From Candidatus Hydrogenedentota bacterium (GTDB taxonomy: Bacteria > Hydrogenedentota > Hydrogenedentia > Hydrogenedentales > SLHB01): a stretch of DNA of 64,000 nucleotides. Positions 27,750-36,781 of this stretch are shown piece by piece; positions within the stretch are counted from its first letter, which is position 1; the number at the start of each line of letters is the position of its first letter. The notes under the pieces were generated by a model. It saw only the letters and a list, made by a program, of their open reading frames with translations. It was not told the origin of the DNA and searched no databases. The position numbers and the translations under genes were made by a program. The DNA lies in NCBI GenBank assembly GCA_045863335.1, contig BTVY01000005.1, positions 68,718 through 132,717 of the forward strand, read 5' to 3'.

Positions 27750-29729
27750 CTACGTACGAATCACCCGTAGAAATTCTTCCGGCGCCACAGAGCCCTGTTT
27801 TACTTTCAAGCGACAACGATCAGCCATCGTTTTCAACTTCGCTGCCTTGACAATCTTCTCGGTGGATTCATCGGCGGCAATCATTCGCCGTATCTCTGGG
27901 GAGATCTCGAGAATCTCAAAAATGCCCGTACGCCCCTTATTTCCGGTGTGATAACAATTATCGCAGCCTTTGCCACGGTACAGTTTTTTGGTCGTTTCCG
28001 GAAGACGCAAGGACTTTAACAGAGGTTTCGTTGGTGTGAACGCAGTCCGGCAATCAGGGCAAATCTTTCGTACCAGCCGCTGCGCCACCACGCAGGTGAG
28101 CGCGCTGGCGATCAGGTACGAGGGAATCTGCATATTCCGCAGCGTTGTAATGGCTTCTGGTGCATCATTGGTATGTAACGTGCTGAACACCAAGTGACCG
28201 GTCATCGAAGCCCGTATCGCTATCCGGGCGGTATCGCTGTCCCGGATCTCACCCACGAGCAGAACGTCGATGTCTTGGCGCAGCGCGGCACGCAACGTGT
28301 TTGCGAACGTAACATCGATGTCGTTGTCGATTTGCACCTGATTGATACCGGACATCTGATATTCAACCGGATCTTCGAGGGTTACGATGCTGTCGGTGAG
28401 CACGTTCTTCTGATTGAGCGATGCGTACAGCGTCGTTGTCTTCCCACTTCCGGTAGGACCGGTCACGAGAATCATGCCGTACGGTTCCTTAACGACGTCA
28501 ATCAGCGTCTTTTCGTCATCCGGTTCCAGGCCAAGGTCCTTGATTCCTGCGAGAACTGAAGACTGATCGAGGAGTCGAAGTACGACGCGTTCCCCCAGGA
28601 AGGTAGGGAGCGTAGCAACCCGTACGTCAAAATCGCGATCCTTGGTCTCGATGCTGATATGTCCATCCTGGGGCCGGCGAAATTCGGTAATGTCGAGATC
28701 CGCCATGATTTTGATGCGGGAAACGACGGCATTCTCGATTTCGGGAGCGATGCTCATGACGTCGTGAAGAACTCCGTCAATGCGGTAACGAACCCGCATC
28801 TCGGGTTCCTGGGGGTCCAGGTGGATATCGGTTGCGCCCGAATTGACAGCCCCCTCGATAATGGTCGAAACCAGCTTGATAACCGGCGCGCCTTCGGCCA
28901 GTTTTGCAATTTCATCAAAACGGCGTTTCTCCTGGGTCTTTTCCGCAGTAGCCACGATGGGAGACTCCTCTTTTTGTTTCGCGCCCTTCGTTGTCTTTGC
29001 TTTCTTCTCGGTACTACGTGCGCCCTTTTCGGGTTTCGTTTTTTCTTCCGCCGATTTGGCTGCTATCTTGGGAATTGGCGAGGCAACCGTCTTTCCGCCG
29101 GCCGCGTACCGCCTTTTGATTTCTTCTTTGATGTCTTCCGCGTCGGTCAATACGGGATGCAACCGCTTTCCAAGGATTACTCCAAGGTCACCGAGGCTTT
29201 CAGTGACTTGGGGGCTGGAAATCAACACGGTCAGCTTGTCGCCTTCGAGGGCAACCGGAATCATCTGGTACTTTCGGGCAATGCTTTCCGGAACGGTTTC
29301 CAGAGCGACGCGTGCGCTGGGCGTTTCGGCCAGATCGGCGAATTCGAGTTCATGTTGCTTCGCCAGGGCGATGGCAATGGCGCGTCCCGTAACCACGCCA
29401 CGATCTCGCAGTACCCGTCCGAGAAGTCGTCCCGTACGTTTCTGTTCATCGAGCGCCTCGTCCAGTTGCGCTTCGGTGATGGCTTTAATCTTAACGAGGG
29501 TGCGCCCGAGGGATTCGTCCTCGTCGCGCACGCTTTTTGGATGAAACTCGTGCCGCAAGGTTTGGTCAAGCGTGTCAAAGGAAATCTTGCCGATTTGGAG
29601 AAGCGAACGATACCACGGAACTCCGGTCGCTTTCTCGCGGGCTTGCGCCTCGGCAAGGTCTTCCCGGGTAATGATCTCGTCCTTGACGAGCGCATCACCG
29701 AGCTTGGCTTGCTTTTGCTCCTCCGCCAT
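27750..29729 (-). CDS. GspE/PilB family type II/IV secretion ATPase
   Basis: TDIHLDP, RYRIDG, PQDG, Walker A GPTGSGKTT, EDPVE, LRQDIDVLLVGEIRD, TGHLVFSTLHTND, CPDC/CDNC zinc site; MshEN-like N-terminus. Confidence 0.95.
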   Translation of the reverse strand: MAEEQKQAKLGDALVKDEIITREDLAEAQAREKATGVPWYRSLLQIGKISFDTLDQTLRHEFHPKSVRDEDESLGRTLVKIKAITEAQLDEALDEQKRTGRLLGRVLRDRGVVTGRAIAIALAKQHELEFADLAETPSARVALETVPESIARKYQMIPVALEGDKLTVLISSPQVTESLGDLGVILGKRLHPVLTDAEDIKEEIKRRYAAGGKTVASPIPKIAAKSAEEKTKPEKGARSTEKKAKTTKGAKQKEESPIVATAEKTQEKRRFDEIAKLAEGAPVIKLVSTIIEGAVNSGATDIHLDPQEPEMRVRYRIDGVLHDVMSIAPEIENAVVSRIKIMADLDITEFRRPQDGHISIETKDRDFDVRVATLPTFLGERVVLRLLDQSSVLAGIKDLGLEPDDEKTLIDVVKEPYGMILVTGPTGSGKTTTLYASLNQKNVLTDSIVTLEDPVEYQMSGINQVQIDNDIDVTFANTLRAALRQDIDVLLVGEIRDSDTARIAIRASMTGHLVFSTLHTNDAPEAITTLRNMQIPSYLIASALTCVVAQRLVRKICPDCRTAFTPTKPLLKSLRLPETTKKLYRGKGCDNCYHTGNKGRTGIFEILEISPEIRRMIAADESTEKIVKAAKLKTMADRCRLKVKQGSVAPEEFLRVIRT

Positions 29730-29791
29730 AAAAATGGTTCTCCCCGAATGATGACCGTCATGCCCAGTAGGAATGCGACTGAACCGGCACC

Positions 29792-29820
29792 ATTATAAGA
29801 TGCGATCCCGCTTTGGTAAA
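29792..29820 (-). promoter_or_regulatory. Putative sigma70 promoter of the gspE/pilB gene
   Basis: Minus strand TTTACC-N17-TATAAT, about 60 bp upstream of the ATG. Confidence 0.55.
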
Positions 29821-29903
29821 GCATTTTTCGCAGTCGTGTCAGAATTTGCCAGCAGCCGCCAGTTTATTGTCTCAACATGCACCAAATTCGTATGCCACCT
29901 CCC

Positions 29904-30042
29904 ATGTTTGGTCCCGATCACGTGTGGTACGCCTGCTACGGATCCAACCTCTGCCGCGACCGCTTCATGCTCTACCTATCCGGAGGCCGCCTTCCGGGAA
30001 GCGAGCGCGAGTATCCTGGCGCCCGGAATCACGAACCTCCCA
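29904..30042 (+). pseudogene. N-terminal fragment of a gamma-glutamylcyclotransferase-like (YGSNL) protein
   Basis: VWYACYGSNLCRDRFMLYLSGGRLPGSEREYPGAR; the frame stops at 30098. Confidence 0.55.
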
Positions 30043-30177
30043 GCGAAGACCGGCCACGACCGCACGCTGTTGGAACGCCAGATCGCGTCGACCGATGACG
30101 AAATCGACCACCTCGTCTACAAACTCTTCGGCCTCGCCGATGAAGAAATTTCCGTTGTGGAGGGCAGCGGGGGCTGA
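30043..30177 (+). pseudogene. C-terminal remnant of a type IIG restriction-modification enzyme
   Basis: AKTGHDRTLLERQIASTDDEIDHLVYKLFGLADEEISVVEG resembles the conserved ...IDxLVYxLYGLTxEEI tail of Eco57I/TaqI-like RM fusions; no credible start. Confidence 0.65.
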
Positions 30178-30204
30178 AGCATATTTTCGGCGGAGCCCAA
30201 GATG

Positions 30205-31386
30205 CTAATGGTTGAGGAACCCGTGCGTTTTGGCGGTCGGCATCTGCTCGACTCGGCGGAAGAATTCGGTCTCTGTGATTTCAGTAGGCCATTCGCGACG
30301 CACGAACAAGAGATACTCGCCGTCCTTTAGTCTCCGGTATCCGATGGCGCTCAGTTGAAGGAGGCCGTTGATGTCTCGCACAAGTGCGCTCCAAGGGTTC
30401 TTCAGCCGCGCGTAAACGCCCTCGGTCGCGACCTCCAATTCGTCAAGGGTGTAGTCCCGTTCCAGGAGCAGGGTGAGAATTCGAATCTGGCGTTCTGCGA
30501 TGACACGTTTCCGTTTGCTTTTGAGTCGATTGAAGAGTGCGTACATCTGATCCCGGAACAGGACCTTTTCCATGTTGACACGGATCTCGGCCAAGAGCCG
30601 GTTGCATTGGGTTTCGATGCCTGTCAGTCCAAAGACAAGAAACGGCGTGAGGTCGTGTTCCGCGGAACGGACTTGGGCCAGTGCGTTCAAGTAGGCGTTC
30701 TTTTCCTCGTAATAGTAGTTGGACATGGCGATGAACAGGGTATCTCGGAGGCCGCATCGTTGAAGGAAGAGAGCCTCCAGCGCCCGAGCGGTCCGGCCGT
30801 TTCCATCCAAAAACGGGTGCATGGCAGCGAAATGGTAGTGTGCAGCCAGAGCCTGAACCAAGGGATCATGGTCACGATATTCTCTGGACAATGCAGCACA
30901 GTAGCGGCTGAACGCATCTCTGCATTCATCACCCCCGGCCACACCACGATGGCGTGGGATTCCGAAGGTGACGTTGTCGTCTGGTCCGCGCAATTGTCCT
31001 GGTGGGCAGTCATCTGCGCCGGTGACAATGCTTCGGTGGATGTTGAGAATGAGTGTTTCATCAATCGGATAGTCATCCGGGAGCTTGGCGATCCATCGAT
31101 ACGTTTTTACAGCGGCCGCTGCCTGGCGCTGCGATCTCGTATGAAGTTTCGCTGCGTCCTCGGCGATTGCATCGTCCAGTTCGCTCTCGGTAAAGTCCGC
31201 CCCTTCGATTCGTGAGGTTCCTGCAACTTCTCGCTTAAGTTGGACCTCTTGAAGCTTTTCGGCCCAACTTCGCTGGTAGGGAATGCTCTGGAGGGAGAGG
31301 ACTGCTGCCTTAGCCGCAGCCAGGGGCCCGACAATCGCGACTGCGTCGTATTTCGTCCAGGAATCTGGGTGTTTGTACCGGATCAT
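30205..31386 (-). CDS. Fic family protein with C-terminal HTH-like region
   Basis: Fic motif HPFLDGNGRTAR; inhibitory-type TSRIEG motif; AT-rich upstream region with an extended -10 (TGTGGTATAAT, minus strand ~31481). Confidence 0.92.
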   Translation of the reverse strand: MIRYKHPDSWTKYDAVAIVGPLAAAKAAVLSLQSIPYQRSWAEKLQEVQLKREVAGTSRIEGADFTESELDDAIAEDAAKLHTRSQRQAAAAVKTYRWIAKLPDDYPIDETLILNIHRSIVTGADDCPPGQLRGPDDNVTFGIPRHRGVAGGDECRDAFSRYCAALSREYRDHDPLVQALAAHYHFAAMHPFLDGNGRTARALEALFLQRCGLRDTLFIAMSNYYYEEKNAYLNALAQVRSAEHDLTPFLVFGLTGIETQCNRLLAEIRVNMEKVLFRDQMYALFNRLKSKRKRVIAERQIRILTLLLERDYTLDELEVATEGVYARLKNPWSALVRDINGLLQLSAIGYRRLKDGEYLLFVRREWPTEITETEFFRRVEQMPTAKTHGFLNH

Positions 31387-31655
31387 TTGGTGCTTATTTC
31401 TAGTTCGTTTCCAGGTAGTATTTCGTCATTCTGCTCATATCTCTTTTATTTACAATATATTGAGTAAGTGATACGCGTTCATTATACCACATGATTTTCA
31501 TTTCATTTTCACAAAAATTGTGGATGAATTTCCCGCGTTCTTTTTGGCCGTGGAGGCGGTGCGTTGCCTCCGGGTGGGCTTCGCTCTGAAAGGATCGACG
31601 TCTGCGGCAGATCCGGGAGTTCGAAGGCTGATTGGGTCGCTTTGGCCGGGCAAGA

Positions 31656-31683
31656 TGGATACCCGCCTTCGCGGGTATGACGG
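31656..31683. repeat. REP-like palindrome
   Basis: TGGATACCCGCCTTCGCGGGTATGACGG. Confidence 0.65.
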
Positions 31684-31691
31684 AGGGGGCG

Positions 31692-32492
31692 TCAGGTCGG
31701 TGCATCTTTCAATGCGGCATGCAGTTCGCGGACGGATGGGAAGATGTAGTCGGGCTGGCGCTCGAGGCTGGCGAGGTCGCGTTCGGTGGTTTCGCCGCTG
31801 AGGACGAGGATGGACGTAATGCCGGCGTTCCAGGCCATCTGCATGTCGGTGTAGACGCGGTCGCCCACCATGGCGGTGGTTGCGGGCTGGGCGCCGAGTT
31901 TGCTGAGCGCCATGCGGACCATGGTGGGATGGGGTTTGCCAATGTACTCGGGTTTGCGGCCGGTGGCTTCGTAGAGTAGAGCGGCCATGGACGCGCAGTC
32001 GGGGATGTACCCGTACTCCGTAGGGCAAACCTTGTCGGGGTTGGTGGCGTAATAAGGGATGCCTTCGCGGAGCAAGAGGCAGGCGCGTTCGAGTTTGGCG
32101 TAGGTTAGGGTCCGGTCGAAGGCCAGGATTAGCGCCTCTGGATCGCCGTCGGTGCGCTCGAGTTCCGACGCGTCCACTTCCGCCTCAAAGGATGGTGTGC
32201 CCACGACGTAAATCCGACGGTGTGGGGTCTCCTCCAGTAGAAAGCGGATCGTGGCTTCACCCGACGTGAGCACATCACTTGGCGTGGCCGGCACATTCAT
32301 GGAGGAGAGCTTCCTGGCGTACCGGGCGGCGTCGGAAGAGCTGTTGTTCGTGAAGAAAAGGTACCGAAGGCCCTTGTCCCGCAGGAAACGGACGAACTCG
32401 GGCGCGCCCGGAATTGCGTGCGGCCCCAGGTACACCGTTCCGTCCATATCAAGGAGGAACGTCTGGATCGCCTGCAATGGGTTCGCCGTCAC
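31692..32492 (-). CDS. HAD-IIA (NagD-like) hydrolase
   Basis: FLLDMDGTVY, FFTNNSS, ATNPD, IGKP, MVGDRVYTDM, LVLSGET. Confidence 0.92.
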   Translation of the reverse strand: MTANPLQAIQTFLLDMDGTVYLGPHAIPGAPEFVRFLRDKGLRYLFFTNNSSSDAARYARKLSSMNVPATPSDVLTSGEATIRFLLEETPHRRIYVVGTPSFEAEVDASELERTDGDPEALILAFDRTLTYAKLERACLLLREGIPYYATNPDKVCPTEYGYIPDCASMAALLYEATGRKPEYIGKPHPTMVRMALSKLGAQPATTAMVGDRVYTDMQMAWNAGITSILVLSGETTERDLASLERQPDYIFPSVRELHAALKDAPT

Positions 32493-33481
32493 GGTACGGA
32501 ACGCATCGTGGCAAAGCTGGGTATGGCTGGAAACAGATCGCCCGGATACGGTTTGAACTCCACATGTCCGTCCAGATACAGCACATTGATGCCTTGGGGC
32601 TCATTGTGCGTAAACGCGGGATTACCGCTCGCGTCTTGCCGGATCGTGTCCCACATAACCGGGATTGTCGGCACCCACGGATAATCGGGTGGTTCATCGG
32701 AGCCGAGGTACTGAATGCTGATGCCATGCCATAAGACGGTGATTATGTGGTTCCCGATCCGCCGCTCATAGCCGGCTTGGAGCGGACGCAAATAGACGGA
32801 CGCATCGAGTCCGCTGCTGCGGCGCGCTTGGATGTCTTCGTACGACAAGTCCGGGCCGGGCTGGAGAAAAGCGAGTAGGGCCACTATGGCCGCGGGACCC
32901 GTTGCGGGAAGCCCATGCGTGATCGCCTGGGGCTGCGAAACGACGGGGTGGCTTGCGTCAAAGGGGTCAATTCTCCATCCGAGATACGTGTAGCTGGCAT
33001 CCCCATTGGTCATGCTGCCCACGTAGTCGCAATCGCCGATCCCGGCGCTTTCCAGAATCCCGAATTGCACCGGATCCAGCCGCCACGGCTTCAGAACAGC
33101 AGGTCCGACCTTCAGAGGTGGCAGCAGGGTGTCGTCATCGGGGCACGCGTACAGGAGGGCGTCGTTCATGTAGTCGGGGAACAAGACCAACTCGTCCGGA
33201 GAGAAATCGAATCCGTCTTCGACGTTCACGCAACCCGGCGCGTTCTCCGCACTGCCGAATACCTCGAAACCGTGGGGGATGGGCCAGCGATAGTCGTTTT
33301 CCAGGCTGTACATCTTGAAGATGGTACCCCACTGCCGGAGGTTGTCCTGGCAGGTCCCGGGATCGTAGGCGTTTATGGAGTTGCGAATGATCGGCAACGC
33401 CAACACGGCACCCACGATGCCGATCGCGAGGATCGCGACAAACTCAACCCAACGTAGCTTGGAACGTTTCTCAGTGTCCAT
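32489..33481 (-). CDS. DUF1559-type protein with degenerate prepilin leader
   Basis: LRWVEFVAILAIG TM, CQDNLRQWG..FKMY, MWD, H....[12 protein letters not shown]. Confidence 0.8.
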   Translation of the reverse strand: MDTEKRSKLRWVEFVAILAIGIVGAVLALPIIRNSINAYDPGTCQDNLRQWGTIFKMYSLENDYRWPIPHGFEVFGSAENAPGCVNVEDGFDFSPDELVLFPDYMNDALLYACPDDDTLLPPLKVGPAVLKPWRLDPVQFGILESAGIGDCDYVGSMTNGDASYTYLGWRIDPFDASHPVVSQPQAITHGLPATGPAAIVALLAFLQPGPDLSYEDIQARRSSGLDASVYLRPLQAGYERRIGNHIITVLWHGISIQYLGSDEPPDYPWVPTIPVMWDTIRQDASGNPAFTHNEPQGINVLYLDGHVEFKPYPGDLFPAIPSFATMRSVP

Positions 33482-33690
33482 ACCCTGGAGAGATCCTTAC
33501 CCGTACGAGCCATCGCTTCGTGTGGTGCGCACGAAGGTGTGCGCACAAAACACCCTATTGTCGCAAGGGCCAACACGGCCGTCAAGTTCAATCGGGGACA
33601 TACATCGGGCACGGCCGTTGTTGTACGCGAAGCGCGCTCGCGACGGAGGTCCGTTGTGTTAGCATGGGACGCACGAACCGGAAGGGCTTT

Positions 33691-34695
33691 ATGAAGAAAC
33701 ACGGTTTGAACGAAACAGTGGACATCGTGGTCGTGGGGGCTGGTCCGGCCGCGTTGGGAATCCTGCACGCCGCCAAGCAGGCGAATCTGCACGCAATCGC
33801 CATCGACAAAGGGCCTGTGTGCAGCGCTCTGTGTTCCCACCCCACCTACATGCGTTGGTTTTCCACGACGGACAAGCTCGAGCTGGCGGGATTTCCGCTT
33901 CTTACGACGGAGAAGAATCCCACGCGCCAGGAATACCTCAAATACTGCCGGTCCTTTGTAAAGTACTTCGACCTGAAGATCGTGACGTACTGCGAAGTGC
34001 TGTCGGTGCGGCCGGCGGACGATATCTTCACCATCGTGGGCAAGGATATGTTCGGGAGGGAGTACCTGTGGGCGGCACGAAACGTCGTGATGGCGACGGG
34101 CTTTTACGATAGTCCGCGGTCCATGGGGATTCCCGGGGAAGACTTGCCCAAGGTATCGCATCGATACACGGAGGCCCACTGGTACGCCGATCACGATGTG
34201 ATGGTGATCGGGGCGGGGAGTTCCGCGGCGGAAATTGCGCTGGAATTGTGGCGCAACGGGGCGCGCGTGACCGTGGCCATGCGGGGCGAGCGGTTTCAGA
34301 CCAAGTACTGGATCGAACCGGACATCGAGAACCGGATCAAGGAGGGGTCGATTACCTGCTTCCGCAGGGTGGAGGTCCGGGAGATCCGGCCGGATGACGT
34401 GTTGCTGGAATCGATGGATGGGGGATTCACCATCGTGCCCAACGACTTCGTGCTGGCCATGACGGGGTACGAACCGGACACCTCACTCATCGAGGCCATC
34501 GGCGCCGAGGTGGACAAGGCCTGCGGCAAGCCGGTGTTGTCGGAGCATTTCGAGACCAATGTGCCGGGGCTGTATGTCGCGGGAACCCTCTGTGCGGGCC
34601 AGGAATCGAACATCGTGTTCGTGGAAAACAGCCGGGAACACGGTCCCGCGATAGTGCGTCATATCGCATCCAAACGACGCACTAAGGCAAACTAG
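33691..34695 (+). CDS. ypdA: YpdA-family FAD/NAD(P)H disulfide reductase (bacillithiol disulfide reductase-like)
   Basis: VGAGPA, HPTYMRWFSTTDKLEL, PTRQEYLKY, ATGFYD.P, GEDLPKVSH.Y.EAH, VLAMTGY.PD, FVENSREH. Start 33691 or 33664. Confidence 0.82.
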   Translation: MKKHGLNETVDIVVVGAGPAALGILHAAKQANLHAIAIDKGPVCSALCSHPTYMRWFSTTDKLELAGFPLLTTEKNPTRQEYLKYCRSFVKYFDLKIVTYCEVLSVRPADDIFTIVGKDMFGREYLWAARNVVMATGFYDSPRSMGIPGEDLPKVSHRYTEAHWYADHDVMVIGAGSSAAEIALELWRNGARVTVAMRGERFQTKYWIEPDIENRIKEGSITCFRRVEVREIRPDDVLLESMDGGFTIVPNDFVLAMTGYEPDTSLIEAIGAEVDKACGKPVLSEHFETNVPGLYVAGTLCAGQESNIVFVENSREHGPAIVRHIASKRRTKAN

Positions 34696-34724
34696 ACCCG
34701 CGAACACCGTAGAGGTTTCCTTTC

Positions 34725-35450
34725 GTGAAATGTCATTTGATTGAAGGCGCGGCAGGGTGTGCCTATGCCATTGAGAATCAGTGTGTTGCCGTAGTGGTGG
34801 ACGCCCTGCGGGCGAGTGCCACGGCAGCGTACCTGTTGCACCATGGCGTAACGGAAATCATTGCGGTGCAGGAAGTTGAAGATGCATTTCGGGCGCGGAA
34901 TCAGTATCCGGACGCACTGCTGGCGGGGGAACGGGGTGGATTGCCTCCGGAGGGGTTCGATCTCGGGAACAGTCCACGCTTAATCGGAGAAGTATCGGGG
35001 CGGCGCGTCATCTTCACGACGACAACCGGCGCCGGGCGATTGGTCGCATGTTATGGCGCGCCAGCCGTTTACATGGGAACGACGGTCAACGCGTCCGCCG
35101 TGGCGAAGGCGGCCAGGGCGCAGGATAGGGATATTGTGCTCATCCCGGCGGGCCTCATGTCGGATCCGAATTTCAACGCCCAGGAGGACTGGGTAGCGGC
35201 TACGGCGATCGCCATGATCCTGAACTTGCCCATTGGCGAGGGCGTAGCCCGGTTCACCCAATGGCGTAAGCGGATTGAAACGGAAGGGGTGGAGGCGCTG
35301 TTTGATACCGCCCCGCACGCGGCCAAACTGAGAAAGGTGGGTCTCGATGCAGACATCCCCTTCTGTGCAAAGTTGGACCGTATCGAAGCGGTACCGAAGG
35401 TAATAGGCTCCGCCGGTTTTGGCGTGACTGTCCAATCCGCCCTGGATTAA
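34725..35450 (+). CDS. comB: 2-phosphosulfolactate phosphatase (ComB) family
   Basis: VVVDALRAS, LAGERGG..PEGFDLGNSP, FTTTTG, ED. Confidence 0.85.
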   Translation: MKCHLIEGAAGCAYAIENQCVAVVVDALRASATAAYLLHHGVTEIIAVQEVEDAFRARNQYPDALLAGERGGLPPEGFDLGNSPRLIGEVSGRRVIFTTTTGAGRLVACYGAPAVYMGTTVNASAVAKAARAQDRDIVLIPAGLMSDPNFNAQEDWVAATAIAMILNLPIGEGVARFTQWRKRIETEGVEALFDTAPHAAKLRKVGLDADIPFCAKLDRIEAVPKVIGSAGFGVTVQSALD

Positions 35451-35627
35451 TCCGCGCTTGTCACTGCCCGAACGCGAGTTGTTTAACGTCGGTGCTGCGG
35501 GAGGCAGTAAGAATTCCCGAACGGGCGCATGAACGCCGACCAAGAAGCCGGACTGTGCCCTTCATTGTTCTGGCTTTCCGGGATCGTTCCGAGTCCGGCG
35601 CAAGTCGCGGCACAACCGATGCATCGG

Positions 35628-36770
35628 TCATTTCTGGTCCAAATAGCGCCAGGTCTTTGAACCGTACGAGTAATGCGCCGACCACCGCTGCGTTCCAGTT
35701 TTGAAGTATTGGCTCACCCAATCAACGCGGCTCTGATAGGAATCACGCGATCGCTTCGCGGAGATCGCGTTGGTGGTGCTGGAAGGGTTATGCCCTACCC
35801 ACCAAATGCTGGTGCCATCGATCTTTTGGTCCAGCACGCCGCCTGCCTGGGAATACAGTTTGAGGATTTCATACCAATCCCCCGGCGTGGTCTTTTCCCA
35901 ATCGCTGGTCTCTACTTCCAAAATCAAATCATAGGAGAGACCAGCCCGGTCGCGGACGCGCACTTCGGCGCGCGTGACGATATCATAAGCCGCTTTGTAG
36001 GCCCACGATTCCGGGTTCTTTATGTCGTAGTTCGCAATGGCCACGATTTCCGGGCTCAAGTGCCATTTGATGAGATCAGGGTTCCACGAATTGACAGCTT
36101 GATACAAGGTAAAATCGCTTGGCTTGGCGAGATTCTGGCCGTAGAGCCAATAGACGGATCGGCGCGCATTCGACAACACACTTTCGGTCCCGTCGGTGTC
36201 GCACGTGATATTGAACAGATACTGCAGGTCATCCGCGGTGGGAGAATACCGGTCAATGAAGTGCGCCAGCGCCACAAGATCACCTGCCCTAGCCGCATTT
36301 CCGAGAGAGACCATGACTTCGGAACGCTGATCTGGATTGTACTTTGCATCGAAGTGGTCGTTTTCGGCTTTCTCGATTCGTCCGAGCGCAGACAAGGCTT
36401 CCTTGTACGAGGCGCCGTCGCGGCCGGCCAGATTGAGGTACTTGGTCAGGTAGCTTCTCGCTTTGCGAGCCATGTCGAGGGCGCTAGACCCCTCACTCGG
36501 GGAATACGCGCGCGCGTAGGTGCTGCCGACGCGGAAATAGAATTCCACTGGCAGGCTTCCGGACAACTTTTCTTCGAGCGACTCGACCTTGGCTAGGGTA
36601 TCTGCGGCTTCTTTCCAGCGCCCTTCATTGGCGTACTCTTCCGCTTGAAGAATCAGCCGGTCGGCTTCGATACTTGGATCTTGAATCCCTTGTGCGAACG
36701 CATGCGCGGCCACGAGACCAGCGAGCACGGGCACAGCGATCTGACGGAGCGAAAACTGCATTTGGATCAC
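35628..36770 (-). CDS. Secreted hypothetical protein with TPR-like N-terminus and ankyrin-like repeats
   Basis: Signal peptide ending AHAFA; helical TPR-like segment (QAEEYANEGRWKEAA...YLNLAGRDGASYKEAL); LGNAARAGDL and LYQAVNSWNPDLIKW ankyrin-like units. Confidence 0.6.
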   Translation of the reverse strand: MIQMQFSLRQIAVPVLAGLVAAHAFAQGIQDPSIEADRLILQAEEYANEGRWKEAADTLAKVESLEEKLSGSLPVEFYFRVGSTYARAYSPSEGSSALDMARKARSYLTKYLNLAGRDGASYKEALSALGRIEKAENDHFDAKYNPDQRSEVMVSLGNAARAGDLVALAHFIDRYSPTADDLQYLFNITCDTDGTESVLSNARRSVYWLYGQNLAKPSDFTLYQAVNSWNPDLIKWHLSPEIVAIANYDIKNPESWAYKAAYDIVTRAEVRVRDRAGLSYDLILEVETSDWEKTTPGDWYEILKLYSQAGGVLDQKIDGTSIWWVGHNPSSTTNAISAKRSRDSYQSRVDWVSQYFKTGTQRWSAHYSYGSKTWRYLDQK

Positions 36771-36781
36771 GACGAACCCTC

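Noticed and set aside
31500-31530. DnaA-box-like TGTGGATGA in the AT-rich Fic promoter
   Set aside because: A single mismatched box, explained by promoter composition.
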